From Paragordius varius (Eukaryota; Animalia; Nematomorpha), in NCBI GenBank assembly GCA_964247055.1, contig OZ176050.1:9114001-9178000 (forward strand): 64,000 nucleotides of DNA. Direction: 5' to 3'. The translations under genes and the position numbers were made by a program. Below the pieces are notes generated by a model. It was not told the origin of the DNA, searched no databases, and worked only from the letters and a program-made list of their open reading frames with translations. This document shows positions 25,001 through 36,564 of the stretch, piece after piece (the first letter of the stretch is position 1; every line of letters begins with the position of its first letter).

Positions 25001-25958
25001 GCCCACGAACTTGGACATTGGTATCATAGTCACATGATTAAGAATTTCGCAGTGGCCCAGGTATAAACATTTAATCAAACAATCAATAAAAATCATATAA
25101 TCATAAAATGGTGTTAAAATTTAGAATTTTTATGACCAAAATTTTAAATAAGTATATATTAAACAATATTGTTATATTTTTTTTCAGATTCGTAAAATTA
25201 GCTTGGGTTTTATCATTTATTTCACTGTTTTTTCTGATTTTTGGCCAATTTGTTTACTAAAACTATGGATATTTTTTATAGTCTGTGTTAAGCCGAAATA
25301 TTTCCCCATTCTATGTATTTTTTAATTTTAGACTATATACAATCACTTAATTCCATCTTTATATGTATACTTTAATTTATATATTTGTTATAAACTATAA
25401 TGCTTATGCTATTAGGCATATCGTAGCGGCTTTTGGTAAATGTTTTTTATATATCCACTCTTTTAGGTCCACATGTTTTTGTCGTTTTATGCATTCTCCT
25501 ATCTCATGGATAAAGATGTATTATATCGGGCATTTGGGTTTTACGACGAAAAACCCATTTTGATTGGATTGTTACTCATTCTCAATACTTTCCTTAAGCC
25601 ATATGAATTGGTATTTTTTTCACATACAAAACAAAGATAACGTAATTTATTTACGTATTAACATGTAGTTAGTTATATTCCTATTATTATTATTATTTTT
25701 TTTGAAAAAATGATAAAAATATTTGGTTTTTTATAGGTTATGGAATTTTTCCAAAATGTATTCTCCCGTCGGTATGAATATCAAGCTGATAGATTTTCCG
25801 TACATCAAGGTTTAGCGCCTCAAATGATAAGCAGTTTGTTAACGCTTCACAAAGATAACCTTTCATTTCCAGCCGATGACCCGTTGTATGCTGCATGGCA
25901 TTTCTCTCACCCCACCACTGTTGAACGCATTAAAGCTATCAAGTATGAATCTAGCTAA
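19078..25958 (+). CDS. ZMPSTE24: CAAX prenyl protease 1; exons 19078-19215, 19240-19386, 19409-19489, 19511-19627, 23168-23320, 23675-23816, 24273-24475, 24947-25060, 25467-25610, 25737-25958; 486 aa
   Basis: [42 protein letters not shown], zinc motif [15 protein letters not shown] and SHPTTVERI. Exons sum to 1461 nt in frame. Confidence 0.96.
19700..21821 (+). mobile_element. 5'-truncated RTE-type non-LTR retrotransposon with an uninterrupted 690-codon RT ORF (19727-21799), inside STE24 intron 4
   Basis: RT motifs [53 protein letters not shown] and RGRP. The 3' end ...ACAAAGACGATACGA is shared with the copy at 59706-60448. No endonuclease domain is present and no TSD was found; the 5' boundary is approximate. 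Confidence 0.93.
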
Positions 25959-26279
25959 CTTCTTTCTTATTAAATTTGTTGCGTTTATTAATTGTTTTTA
26001 TAATGGACTGTATTTGACAAATATTCTTTAAAATAAATTCACGTGTATTTGTTATTTTTTCACTCTCTTTTGCTTTATTTGAATTCAATAGTGGTTAAAA
26101 CAAAAAAATTTGGCCGGATGATTAATTGTGTTCTTCAAATTTTTAATATTAGTGAATCCAATATATAGATTGTATAACTATATCTTTTCTTCTCTTCATA
26201 AATTGATTAATATTTTATTTAAAATATTGTCTCCAAGCTTAGAACTATATTAAAATATATATATGTATGAAATTATAGA

Positions 26280-26525
26280 ATGGAGCAACAGGAGCATCCA
26301 GTCCCTCTCTATTATGGATCAAATGGTATCGGCGATACTAAACATGAGTCGTTATCTGATATGAAAGATTTCGATACTTTAAATTCTGATATTGGCGATA
26401 CCTCACATACCAATGGCTTAAATGAAATTACCAATAAAGATGTGATTGGAAATGATAACAACATTGAAGATAGCAATGGTAGTAGTTACGGCGTGTTAGA
26501 AACGAGCGATAAGAAATTGGATTAA
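26280..26525 (+). CDS. Orphan acidic Asn/Asp/Ser-rich 81-aa ORF; possibly an alternative first exon of the downstream kinase
   Basis: ATG-initiated ORF with coding-like composition in otherwise AT-only DNA. No homology recognised. Confidence 0.3.
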   Translation: MEQQEHPVPLYYGSNGIGDTKHESLSDMKDFDTLNSDIGDTSHTNGLNEITNKDVIGNDNNIEDSNGSSYGVLETSDKKLD

Positions 26526-28605
26526 ATTTGGCTCACTTATTTTATCTGCATAAAATCACAGATCATTAATTTTTTTATTTAGCTTTTAACCAATATATAA
26601 TGTACATGTATGGTATGTAAAACGATATTTTTTCTTTTTTTCTCATTTTTTATTGTACCATTTATATATGTGTATTGACCGTATTTGTAAAATTTTTATA
26701 ATAACATAAATATTTCTATGCTGTTGCATGTTATTATATAATGATAGTTAATCGTAGTACATTGCGCGCCTCGTTGGTTAAGCAAATTTTTTTAGTTTAT
26801 TCCAAGATATTCCCACCACCACAATTATCATGCAAGTGTGATAATATGATATGCTATTATCTTTAAAAAAAAAACAAAAACCATTTATTTATGTACGTAC
26901 AACATGACCCTATAAATATATCGATTTTTAATTTAATTACACAACCATATAGTGGAATAATGAAATTTTATCTTAACATTGTCACGGTTTAAATAAGATT
27001 CATGAGAGTTAGGAAAAATATCTGATTGATATTAAATCTACGAAAAATGTAATAATATATTACACTGTGGACTTGATCGGGGATCAAAATAAATATCGAT
27101 AAAACATGTATTCTGATAAAAAAATGTGATTCTCATGCTTATACTTACGAGTCATTTCATAAAGATAGTTATCTTAATTTGTCCATATCGAAAAATCGCA
27201 ACATAATTGTTTAATTTAATATCCTGCAATTTTATTATATTGATATGAAGCTGTTACCAAAATAGTGGAAATATCTTTAAATGGCTTTTAAGCACCATGT
27301 TGATAGTTGAATATATATATATATATATATATTATATAGAATATTATATATGAGCAGTGTTATTGGAAAATGTTCACAACCTAACATTTTTTAGTTTTCC
27401 ACGTTTCGCTGTGTCTGAATAATTATATTCAATATCTTCATTAATATTAATTTATTTAAACCAAATCATAAAAATAATTTATTAAATCAATACGATGCCT
27501 ACTTTGTTTTGTAACGCGGCTTAAACGAATAAATATATAATATATCGAATTCTGAATGGATCCAATTTTTATGAGTTAATGATTGATGGGCTTTTAATAT
27601 TTAAAAACCCTATATAGGACGCCAACAGCTTATTATATATTATTTGGTTATAATATACAGGAAATGCTCAAATTTTTATCATATAATTATAATAATATTA
27701 GGTGCGTAAAAAAGTTAAAAGACCCAAATCGTAAAAAGCGTTTTAGAAGTTTAATAAATTTAACATGTTATATTCGCAAAATTTCGATCAAGATTCATAA
27801 ATTTAACTAAACACCTGCACTTTGTCTTTTATTGTGTCTGACTTGTACTCCCAAAACATATCTTAAATCCAAAATTTTTCGATTAATTTCACAAAAGAAA
27901 CAGTGATTATATATGTTAGCCATAACTTTTATAATTTTGCCGATAAATTTTAAAAACTAATTAATTATGATTTCTTAGATAGGCATGTACGCTTTAACCT
28001 TGGATCTTTTATATTAGATTTTAAATTCATATACAAATTAAGCATATATAACATAAATTAGTTATTTTCACCAAAGTTTATTATATAATTTTAACATGTT
28101 AAATTTCAAAACACAGAAATGCTTTTTGTTGAACATTGGGTGATTAAACCTTTTTTTAAAAAAAGATTTTATAGCCTGGTATATTAAAAAATATAAATCG
28201 GCTGTTTGGCACATTTTGGTTTTGGGCATGTAAATAAATAGCCCTAACCCCCAATTTTATTGGTTTCTGAAAATCTTTTTTTCACTCATTGTTCGAGTTT
28301 CTCCAAACGAAATGGACACCGATATGACATGCATATGTTAATGCCGATTTCTTTAATCCCATCTTTAAATTGTTTTTATCGGTATTGGATAATTAATGAC
28401 CCAAAAATTAAAAAATAGTGAACCTCGTCATTGATTGATTTAATAATAATAAGTGTGTTCTTTAAATAATTATAGCATTATTGATTTTCACCTTTTTTCC
28501 CTCTGAATAACTTTACCCACGAGCCAATTTATACCATGGATTTTATTATATCAATGACTAAAAGTGTTTTATATTGTTCATTGGCTATAGAAAAAATTAC
28601 ATTTC

Positions 28606-28838
28606 TATACAGTAAAGTTGAAATTATACGGACAAAACGTGAAAATATCAAGACAAATATTTTTATTCAAAAGACAACTGTTTCAAACTGCAAAGTATGA
28701 AATCGATATGTGTAATGGTAATGTAGTTATATAATTATATGATAAAAATTAGAGTTAATCAAGTATGGTTGTCTTTTAAAAAAAAATTTCTTTATATTTT
28801 ACTTTTAGTCCGTATAACTTCAATTTTTATACTCTATA
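28606..28838. mobile_element. MITE-like element with about 65-bp inverted arms
   Basis: 28615-28678 matches the reverse complement of 28768-28825 (TTGAARTTATACGGAC...AAAAGACAAC). Confidence 0.6.
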
Positions 28839-31174
28839 TCCCGAAATATATTAGCGGCTTTATTTTTAACCATATTAAAGTTATATTGATTCGATTATCT
28901 TTTAGTTAACACGGGTTCAAGTAGGTTCTTTGCGACAATATTGATTTTTTATTTAAACATCCAACGACTACCATCCAGAAGAATAAAATGACATGTGTGC
29001 GTGCACGTTTAAAAATGTAAGTCCCTGTTTATCTGAAACCTAATTGTTAAAAATCGGTTTTTTATTTCTTAAAAATTTGGATTTTTTGGATTACGTGGAA
29101 AATTAATTATCCATCGATTATATTTAACAAGTGGTTGAAAAATGAATTGATTTATATCTATCAAAATTTTTTAAATAGATTAAATTCCATTACAAGGACT
29201 GAAAATATTTAATAAATATTTTGGCGTAAGTATTGATTAACCCCAATTTAATTTTATATATTTATCGAAAATTAAAAAAATAGGGTTAGCATCTTATATT
29301 TCATTCTATCCAGTTATTTTAAAAGAATTTGATATAAAATGTATCCTTGTAAAAACTATAGAAGGATTATTGGTTTAGAAAGAATTTTATGTATATTTTT
29401 AATAAATCTAACAGTATTAAGTGTCCGATTTTTTCCGCCTTCTTTTTTATAACTGTTGATCTTTGGTTATTTGTGGGTTAATTATACATTTAAAAAAAAA
29501 TTTAATTAAAAGTGTTAAAACAATTTTGAAAACTCGTAGCTTGTAAATATTCCTTTTTTCCTTGAAGATATGCAACAAAGTATACTCACATATATTATTA
29601 AAAATAATTCTTTCCACATAATTGGAGTAATTTTAAATTGTAACGTAAGGTCTTTCGTCCAAATAGATGTATAAAATCGATATTTTTGCCTAAGTCCAAC
29701 GTATAATTTATTTGGACCATGTAAATGCCAACTACAAACATTTTAACAAAAAAATATGATAAAACATAAAATTTAAATAATTCCATTTAGCACAAAATTA
29801 AGCTCCATACGGAAAATTTCTCATCTCGAAAAAGTTGATTATAAATAAAAAAACTTGTTAACTATTTTTTTGAATTATAAATAAATGAAATCATAATATA
29901 AATGTAAAAATGTAGTAGTCAAAGAGAGATTGTCAATTTATTAATCAATCAATCAGCCTGTATGATATGGTATTATTCGTGAGATGGAATTCTGCTTTTT
30001 TTGATAAAATTATTTTTTTATTCTCGGAAAAATCTAATTTTATATTCATGTGTGTTCACTCTTTTCGTATTTTTCGTGCTAACATGTAATAAATATATTT
30101 GGAAAATGTGCGCGCATCAGTAGTAAGTAAACTCTCACTCTCTCACTCCATTAAACACAATTAGATTTTAGCTTTTACTTTGTCCAAAAATATAAATATA
30201 TAGTTGTGTATAATGGAATACATTCCATATCTGCCATATCCTCCAAGTTTTTCACATATAATATTGGCAAAAATCAGTCCCTTTTTTGAATGACTACTAT
30301 AAATGAAACCTGGAAAAAGTTATCATACACTTCAAGAAATGATAAGAATTGAGAAGTTGCTTGCAATATTCACATAAAATCAAATCCAAATTTTGTTTCA
30401 ATAGATTTTTACTATGTTTTTCAAATTTTTACACTTCAGTTTTGTTGTTTTTTGAAATTTCTAATTCTCTAATTAAATTAAACTTTTTTATGAAAATAAT
30501 GGCATTTTATATATGTTTTATTATTTATGCTTAAAAACGATTGGAAAAAAGTGTGTTCTGTCTAACTTCAATTGTAAATTATTTTTTGCATATGCAGTTC
30601 TTTGAATTTTTATTTTTTAAAATCTTAAACTTGTTTTTTCGAAAACACGTTTAAATTTGAAATTAAACAATAAACATATGTAAGCCCAACAGATCAATCC
30701 ATATTTTATAAAGATTGTAGTAATTTTATCGCTAAATATTGTCTTACACCAAAATAAGAAAGGCAACAGAAACACTATTTTACCAAATTTCCCAATAACT
30801 ATGTCCTTTTTGTCTTCTTACTTCAGAGTGGATACATCAAATATATACATACACTGTTTAAAATTTATATGTCTACGTCTACTCTTCATAACTACTAAAA
30901 TCTTTAATTTTTTAGATAGTTAGACAATTTTTTTTCGATTCGTACATAGTATATCTATAATAATATTATGGAAAAATATATATTTAAAGAAAAAATATCT
31001 TCTCGTTAATATTCTGTTTGTGCAAAATATCACATCGACCCTTTATATATTTAACAATAAACCCATATAAGGCTGAGTGAGGGTTGAATATTTTTTCGAA
31101 AATGTGTAATGGGTTAACTTAAATTTACTTATCCATTTATAACATTTCATTATTAATTTAATCTATGTATTTCA

Positions 31175-34100
31175 ATGAAATTTATTGCAACATGCTTCAA
31201 ACCGAATTGGATATTTAACACCACTAACAAACCAGCAACTCTCAATCAAGGTATATTTTATTTTAATGAAGCTTTAAAATAATTTTTTCCTAATTTTAAA
31301 CTTGGATGTGAAATCGTTAGTAGAAAAAAATATAACGAAAATTATTTTTTTGGACATATTTTTGAACAAGTTATAATTTTATATATCATCAATGCACAAT
31401 AGCCATTAAAAATTCATCAATAGCGCTAAGCATGGGCTAACATTTCTATCATTATAACTATATGATGCCTCAATTGTGAGTGAATTTTAATTATTTATAA
31501 AAAAAATTTAAATATATTACTGATATTATATATTATAGTTGACTCGAATTAGGATAAGAAATGCATATCTATTCATCATCAATCCGATATATTTATCACT
31601 AGCGGAAGTTTGCAAAAGTTTTTAGTTATGTATTAGTTGACCCTTTTAATTGCATATAATGTATATTAAAGCTTAGCTTTAACAATCGTCCTCAAAATGT
31701 TATAATTGCCTAGGATATTTTTTCGTTTAAAAAGAGACATTATTTATATATTGCAATATTATTTCGTGATAAAACATAATTAACTTTTAAACTTGGTTAA
31801 AAAATAGATTTTGAAGATGCATTTTACTTAAAATGGCTTAACTGAACAATATCAATACATTTATCAAGCAATATATGATGAAAAAATAAAAATTTGACTA
31901 TTCTACACCCTTTATCATTATCCTTTTACTATTATTTATTGTCTGAAATGGTCCACATCGCCTCAAGGGACAATTGCCAATAAGTGGTCTTATTTTTACA
32001 TCTTGACAAAAAATCAACTAAAACGTTACTAATAAGAGCTCATTAAAAAAATTATATTTTAATATATGGATATATATATATATATATATATGATGCCTAA
32101 TGGAAAATTTTGCATACATTAGATATACAATGATGTCAAAAGCTATATTTATATCTTAAAATATTATTAGGTCAATAAGGAATTAATATATTTGAAGTAT
32201 TAATTAAAACTTTACATTTCGGAGATCTAGATATAAAATAGTAATACAAAATCTAATTGGTGTAAATATAAAAATGGGTTATTCGGAACAATTATTTTTA
32301 AAAATGTAACAATGTGAAAAAATCTATCTCAAACCCTTTGCTAAGTTTATTTGTTAAACAATCGCCCATATAAAAACAATAATATAATCAAGATACAATA
32401 ATGTCTACTGTTATTTATGATGAAATATTTCGCCTAATCTGCATATTGATGAAATAAGCTGCTTGACCATATAGCTCACTGGGACTCAAACTGCGGCCCT
32501 AAAAGTGCTTTTTATGGCCCAGAATTATTTGTTATTTTTTTTGATGTACTATTTTAAGTATAAATATCTGCAAATGTGTCATATGTACGGCCCTTGAGAC
32601 AAGATAATATTTTAAGCCCTTTAAAAAAAATTTGGGTTAGTACCACCGATATAACCTTTTCCTGGAAGATTGCATATTGGGGATGTTTTTACCCCAAAAT
32701 TATCCATTCAACACTGTTGTTGTTGTTGTTGCTAAAGTCGATTCCAATTAATTGCAACATTGAAAATATATCATCTCCATTTATTGCAATACAGGTGTTT
32801 ACTTCGGATAATGTTTGGTTGTTTCTTTGGGGATGTTATCCATTCAACGGGTTCTTCTTCATCTTTCGAGCACCACTCACTCCCAGCATCAGTGATATTT
32901 CGAGTATATTTAATCTCATATGTGGCCAAAATAGGATAGTTATATAAAATAGTGAAGTTTAGAATTTCGTCTGTTCATTTTGTTTGGAGAAGTTTCCTTC
33001 AAACCCATAATTATAAAAAATTTATTAATCGTTCGTCATATTTTTTTATTGTCCAGCTTTCCCATCCATATAGTAATGGGGATACTGTTGCCTTGATTGA
33101 TTTTGGTTTTTAATTTGACATGCGGCGTCCAAATCTTGTTGTATTTGAATGCAACTGCTTTTGCAATGGTAATTCTTCGCTGTTTTTCCGGAGGAGAGTT
33201 GTTGTGATTGTTTGTAATACTGCCCAAATACGTGTAACTGTTTACGGTTTCAATTTAATTACCGTTGAGTATTGAGTTGGTTGTTTGAGCCGGGTTCGCA
33301 TTACTTTTTTTAAAGTTAATAATTTTTGATCCGTATTTATCGCATTCAACTGTAAAAACTTGCAAAACTTGCGATAATTTGTCTATATTGTCCGCAAATA
33401 TAACTGTGTCATCTGCTTACTGAGGTGATGTGAGCAAGGTTCCTCATATGTTAATGCCAAAAGTTTCTGGCAAATTTCTTAGTATGCATTCGAGATATAC
33501 GTTAAAAAGAATTGGGGATAAACCGCATCCGTGGCGTAGGCCGACTTGCACCTTACATGAATCAGTTGTACCGTAAGGTGTAAATACTACAGCCGTGGAA
33601 ATTAAGTGAATTGAGAATATATGAGAGGTGTGATGATGGGTTAAGGATATGTAAGGAATAGAATATAAATGTCCAGAATGTTTGGAGAAGGTATAAAACC
33701 AATGTTTTTGGTAAAAATGTTGATAAGAGTAGGGTAGGTATCCCTTTCCCTCTCGATTAACATGTGTTTACTAAAAAATATATATGTTATATGGGGGAGA
33801 ACAATTATTATTATTATTTTAGAGAGAATTATTTTCTCTACCCAAATATAAATATATTTTAACAGAAACAAAAAAGAATAATTTTATACCGATTGAAAAG
33901 CTAAAACACATTCAATGGATCAACAGTGGCTCACAAGGAACAATCTTTACCGCAATGTATAAAGGTGACATGGTTGCTGTTAAAAAATTTGACCCTCTTC
34001 CCTCCGTGGATGACGATATAATGTCATCATCTATCACATTACTCGGATCATGTCGCAAGAATAACAGTTTAGATACATCACTGCTATCCCAATATGCTCT

Positions 34101-36292
34101 CAAAGATTTAATGGATTTCAAACACCCAAACATCCTAAATTTTATGTAATTATTAAGAAATATTTTATAGGAATTGGAGGTAAATTAGAGGTTAAATAAA
34201 ATGGGAATTTTTTGCATATTCTCACATGTTTTAATTTTCTGGAAAAATTTCAGGGGGCTATGACAAAAGTGATTTAAGATAATGGTTTCACCACTTGAGT
34301 ATGGGAAAATACAATTAAAAATTTATAATCTAACTCATACTGATAAAAAGATTTTTGATAATTATAATTATTGTTGTCTTAATATCTTATAAAATATGAT
34401 TGGTGGGTTATTTTGTCGCTTTTTTAAGGTTCTTATTTTTACAATGTTAAAATTATATTGAGTTTGCTCGAATTTTCCGTAGAAGCTCATGGGTTACATA
34501 AACTAATCAAAATATAGAATTATGAAAGTTATCGTGTCATCACCATAATATCGTTCCTTACCATTACTTTTTGCAGTGTTGTCTAGTTGCTAATCATTTA
34601 AATATTTTGTATCAGAGGATGGAGTTGGTGGTCTAATAATATGTGCTTAATAATGGAATATTGCCCAAATCAATTGTTTCATGAACTCAAAGAACGACAA
34701 TCCATAAGTTATGCAGAATGTTTGGTGATGGCCAAAGACATATCACGTGGGATGGAATACCTACATGATAATGGCATTGTCCACCGTGATCTTAAATCAC
34801 CCAAGTAGGCCTATTGTTTTTTGTGAATAAAATTAGAAACAATCAAGTATCTTAATAGGTGTTAACGGTACGCTCAAAATATCTGATTTCGAAGATGCCA
34901 AATGCTCAGCTATCGAAAATCGCAAAATGACTTTTACAGGAACGGTAGCATGGATGGCTCCTGAAATAATACGGAATGAGCCATGTTCAGAAAAAGTTGA
35001 TATTTGGTAAAAAAAAACACCTAACCTTTTTCATTTAAATATTCATCGCACTGTCAACACTTTTTACCACCTAATGAATTACGAGATTTTTCCCCGTAAA
35101 TCATATTCACTTTTTGTAAAATATAACTCAATACCAATTTGGATTAATTTTTATAAAATTTTTCCAAATTTTTGTTTCAAATATAATCGGCATGCTAGAC
35201 TATATGTAATCTAAAAGCAAAAACACCCCTTTGAATATACCACTGGCGGAATGAAGTGGTCGATTAAAAGAGGGCAGTGAAAATATCTTTGACTAACTAT
35301 TTTAATAGTTTTAGCAATTTTAACTTAAGAATTTATGTTCCAATAATAGGAAGCTATAAGTGATACAGAATGTATTATATTGATACACCCTGCTCCTTGT
35401 TGATCTATATTAAACCAAATATTTTTTTGTAACATTATATCTATATTTTAGGTCTTTTGGAGTTGTTTTATGGGAAATTTTAACGCTCAGAATTCCATAC
35501 GAACATTTAGATGCTTCTGCTATCATTTGGGGCGTCGGAAATGGCCAATTAAACCTACAGATCCCAAAATATTTGATTCCAGGTTTAAAATTGTTACTTA
35601 TGCAATGTTGGAACCCAATACCTCGAAACAGACCATCATTTACTCAAATTTTAAAACATTTGGATATAGCGACGCAGGAAATCGCAGATCAAGACCTTGA
35701 TACTTATAAGATCTTGAGAGTAAATCTTTTATCGTATTTAATATAATTTGGAAAAAATTTGCCATAAAATAGTTGTAATTACCCAAAAAATTAATTTCAA
35801 AATTATAATGTAAATTTTAAATAGGACATTTCACCCAAATACAATTATCATCCTTCTCCAAGCAAGGACATTTCTTTTATAGATGAACCCGACAACCTTA
35901 TTATTGATTCCGGAAAAAATAATGACGAATCATCACCAAATTTAATGCTCAAACCATTAATAACCAAAAATCTATGCATAATTTCTGACAAAAATCAGGT
36001 AAAAATATCTACAAACGGTAATGTACCACTAGAGTATGAAACAACGCCTACTACACAAACTAACAAACATAACCAACAGAAAATGTTACAGCTCTCTCAA
36101 ACTGAACCCAGCAAAACATTCCTTACTCCCAAAAATAGGGTCAATAAGTTTTTGTCAACAAAAACAAATTCATCATCGACATTTGTTAGACATTGTTGCC
36201 TTTTATCAGATGAATCAAATGTATATACATATCATACGAATACGATTAATAGCAAAAAAATAAAAATTATATTACCAAGTACACCGCAATAG
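31175..36292 (+). CDS. DLK/LZK (MAP3K12/13)-like kinase; exons 31175-31250, 33866-34145, 34616-34804, 34848-35006, 35452-35719, 35825-36292; 479 aa
   Basis: CFKPNW (compare DLK GCLKPVW), [66 protein letters not shown] and RNRPSF. Exons sum to 1440 nt in frame. Confidence 0.88.
32477..32648. mobile_element. hAT-derived MITE related to the 55631-57985 element
   Basis: The ends CACTGGGACTCAAACTGCGGCCC and TTAGTACCACCG resemble the CAGTGRTACTCA TIR. Flanks are ATATAGCT and ATATAACC, a degenerate 8-bp TSD. Confidence 0.65.
32760..33620 (-). pseudogene. Decayed RTE-type reverse transcriptase (second family) in kinase intron 1
   Basis: The minus strand reads GLRHGCGLSPILFNVYLE...(stop)ADDTVIFA...IETVNSYTYLGSI...RRITIAKA...LLYGWESWT, with stops and frameshifts. 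Confidence 0.85.
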
Positions 36293-36564
36293 TATATTTA
36301 TGAGATACGTCTTTAAATATGATGAATATAATTGGAAAAAAATAGGTTAACCATCATGGGCTGGTATATCAAATGCAATAAATAATGATATATTTTTTGT
36401 AGTATCAATGATTATATTCTATGAGAATTATTTTATAATTATAATAAAAATAATATGGGATTAGCCATTTTTCACATAATTTTGACTAAAACGTATACAT
36501 AAAGAATTCATAAAAAAGTTTCAAAACATAAATATACATATAAAGTGTTATAGTTGATTGGGAG

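Noticed and set aside
27000-31100. Short AT-rich ORFs (29598-29786, 30349-30534) and similar ones in the 3-8 kb, 40-46 kb and 53-60 kb repeat regions
   Set aside because: They have Ile/Phe/Lys/Asn-rich composition typical of AT-rich non-coding DNA, with no motifs or splice-consistent context.
34146-34170. Apparent 25-nt micro-intron in the kinase
   Set aside because: Using the AG at 34170 gives a stop three codons later. The acceptor at 34615 restores the conserved frame.
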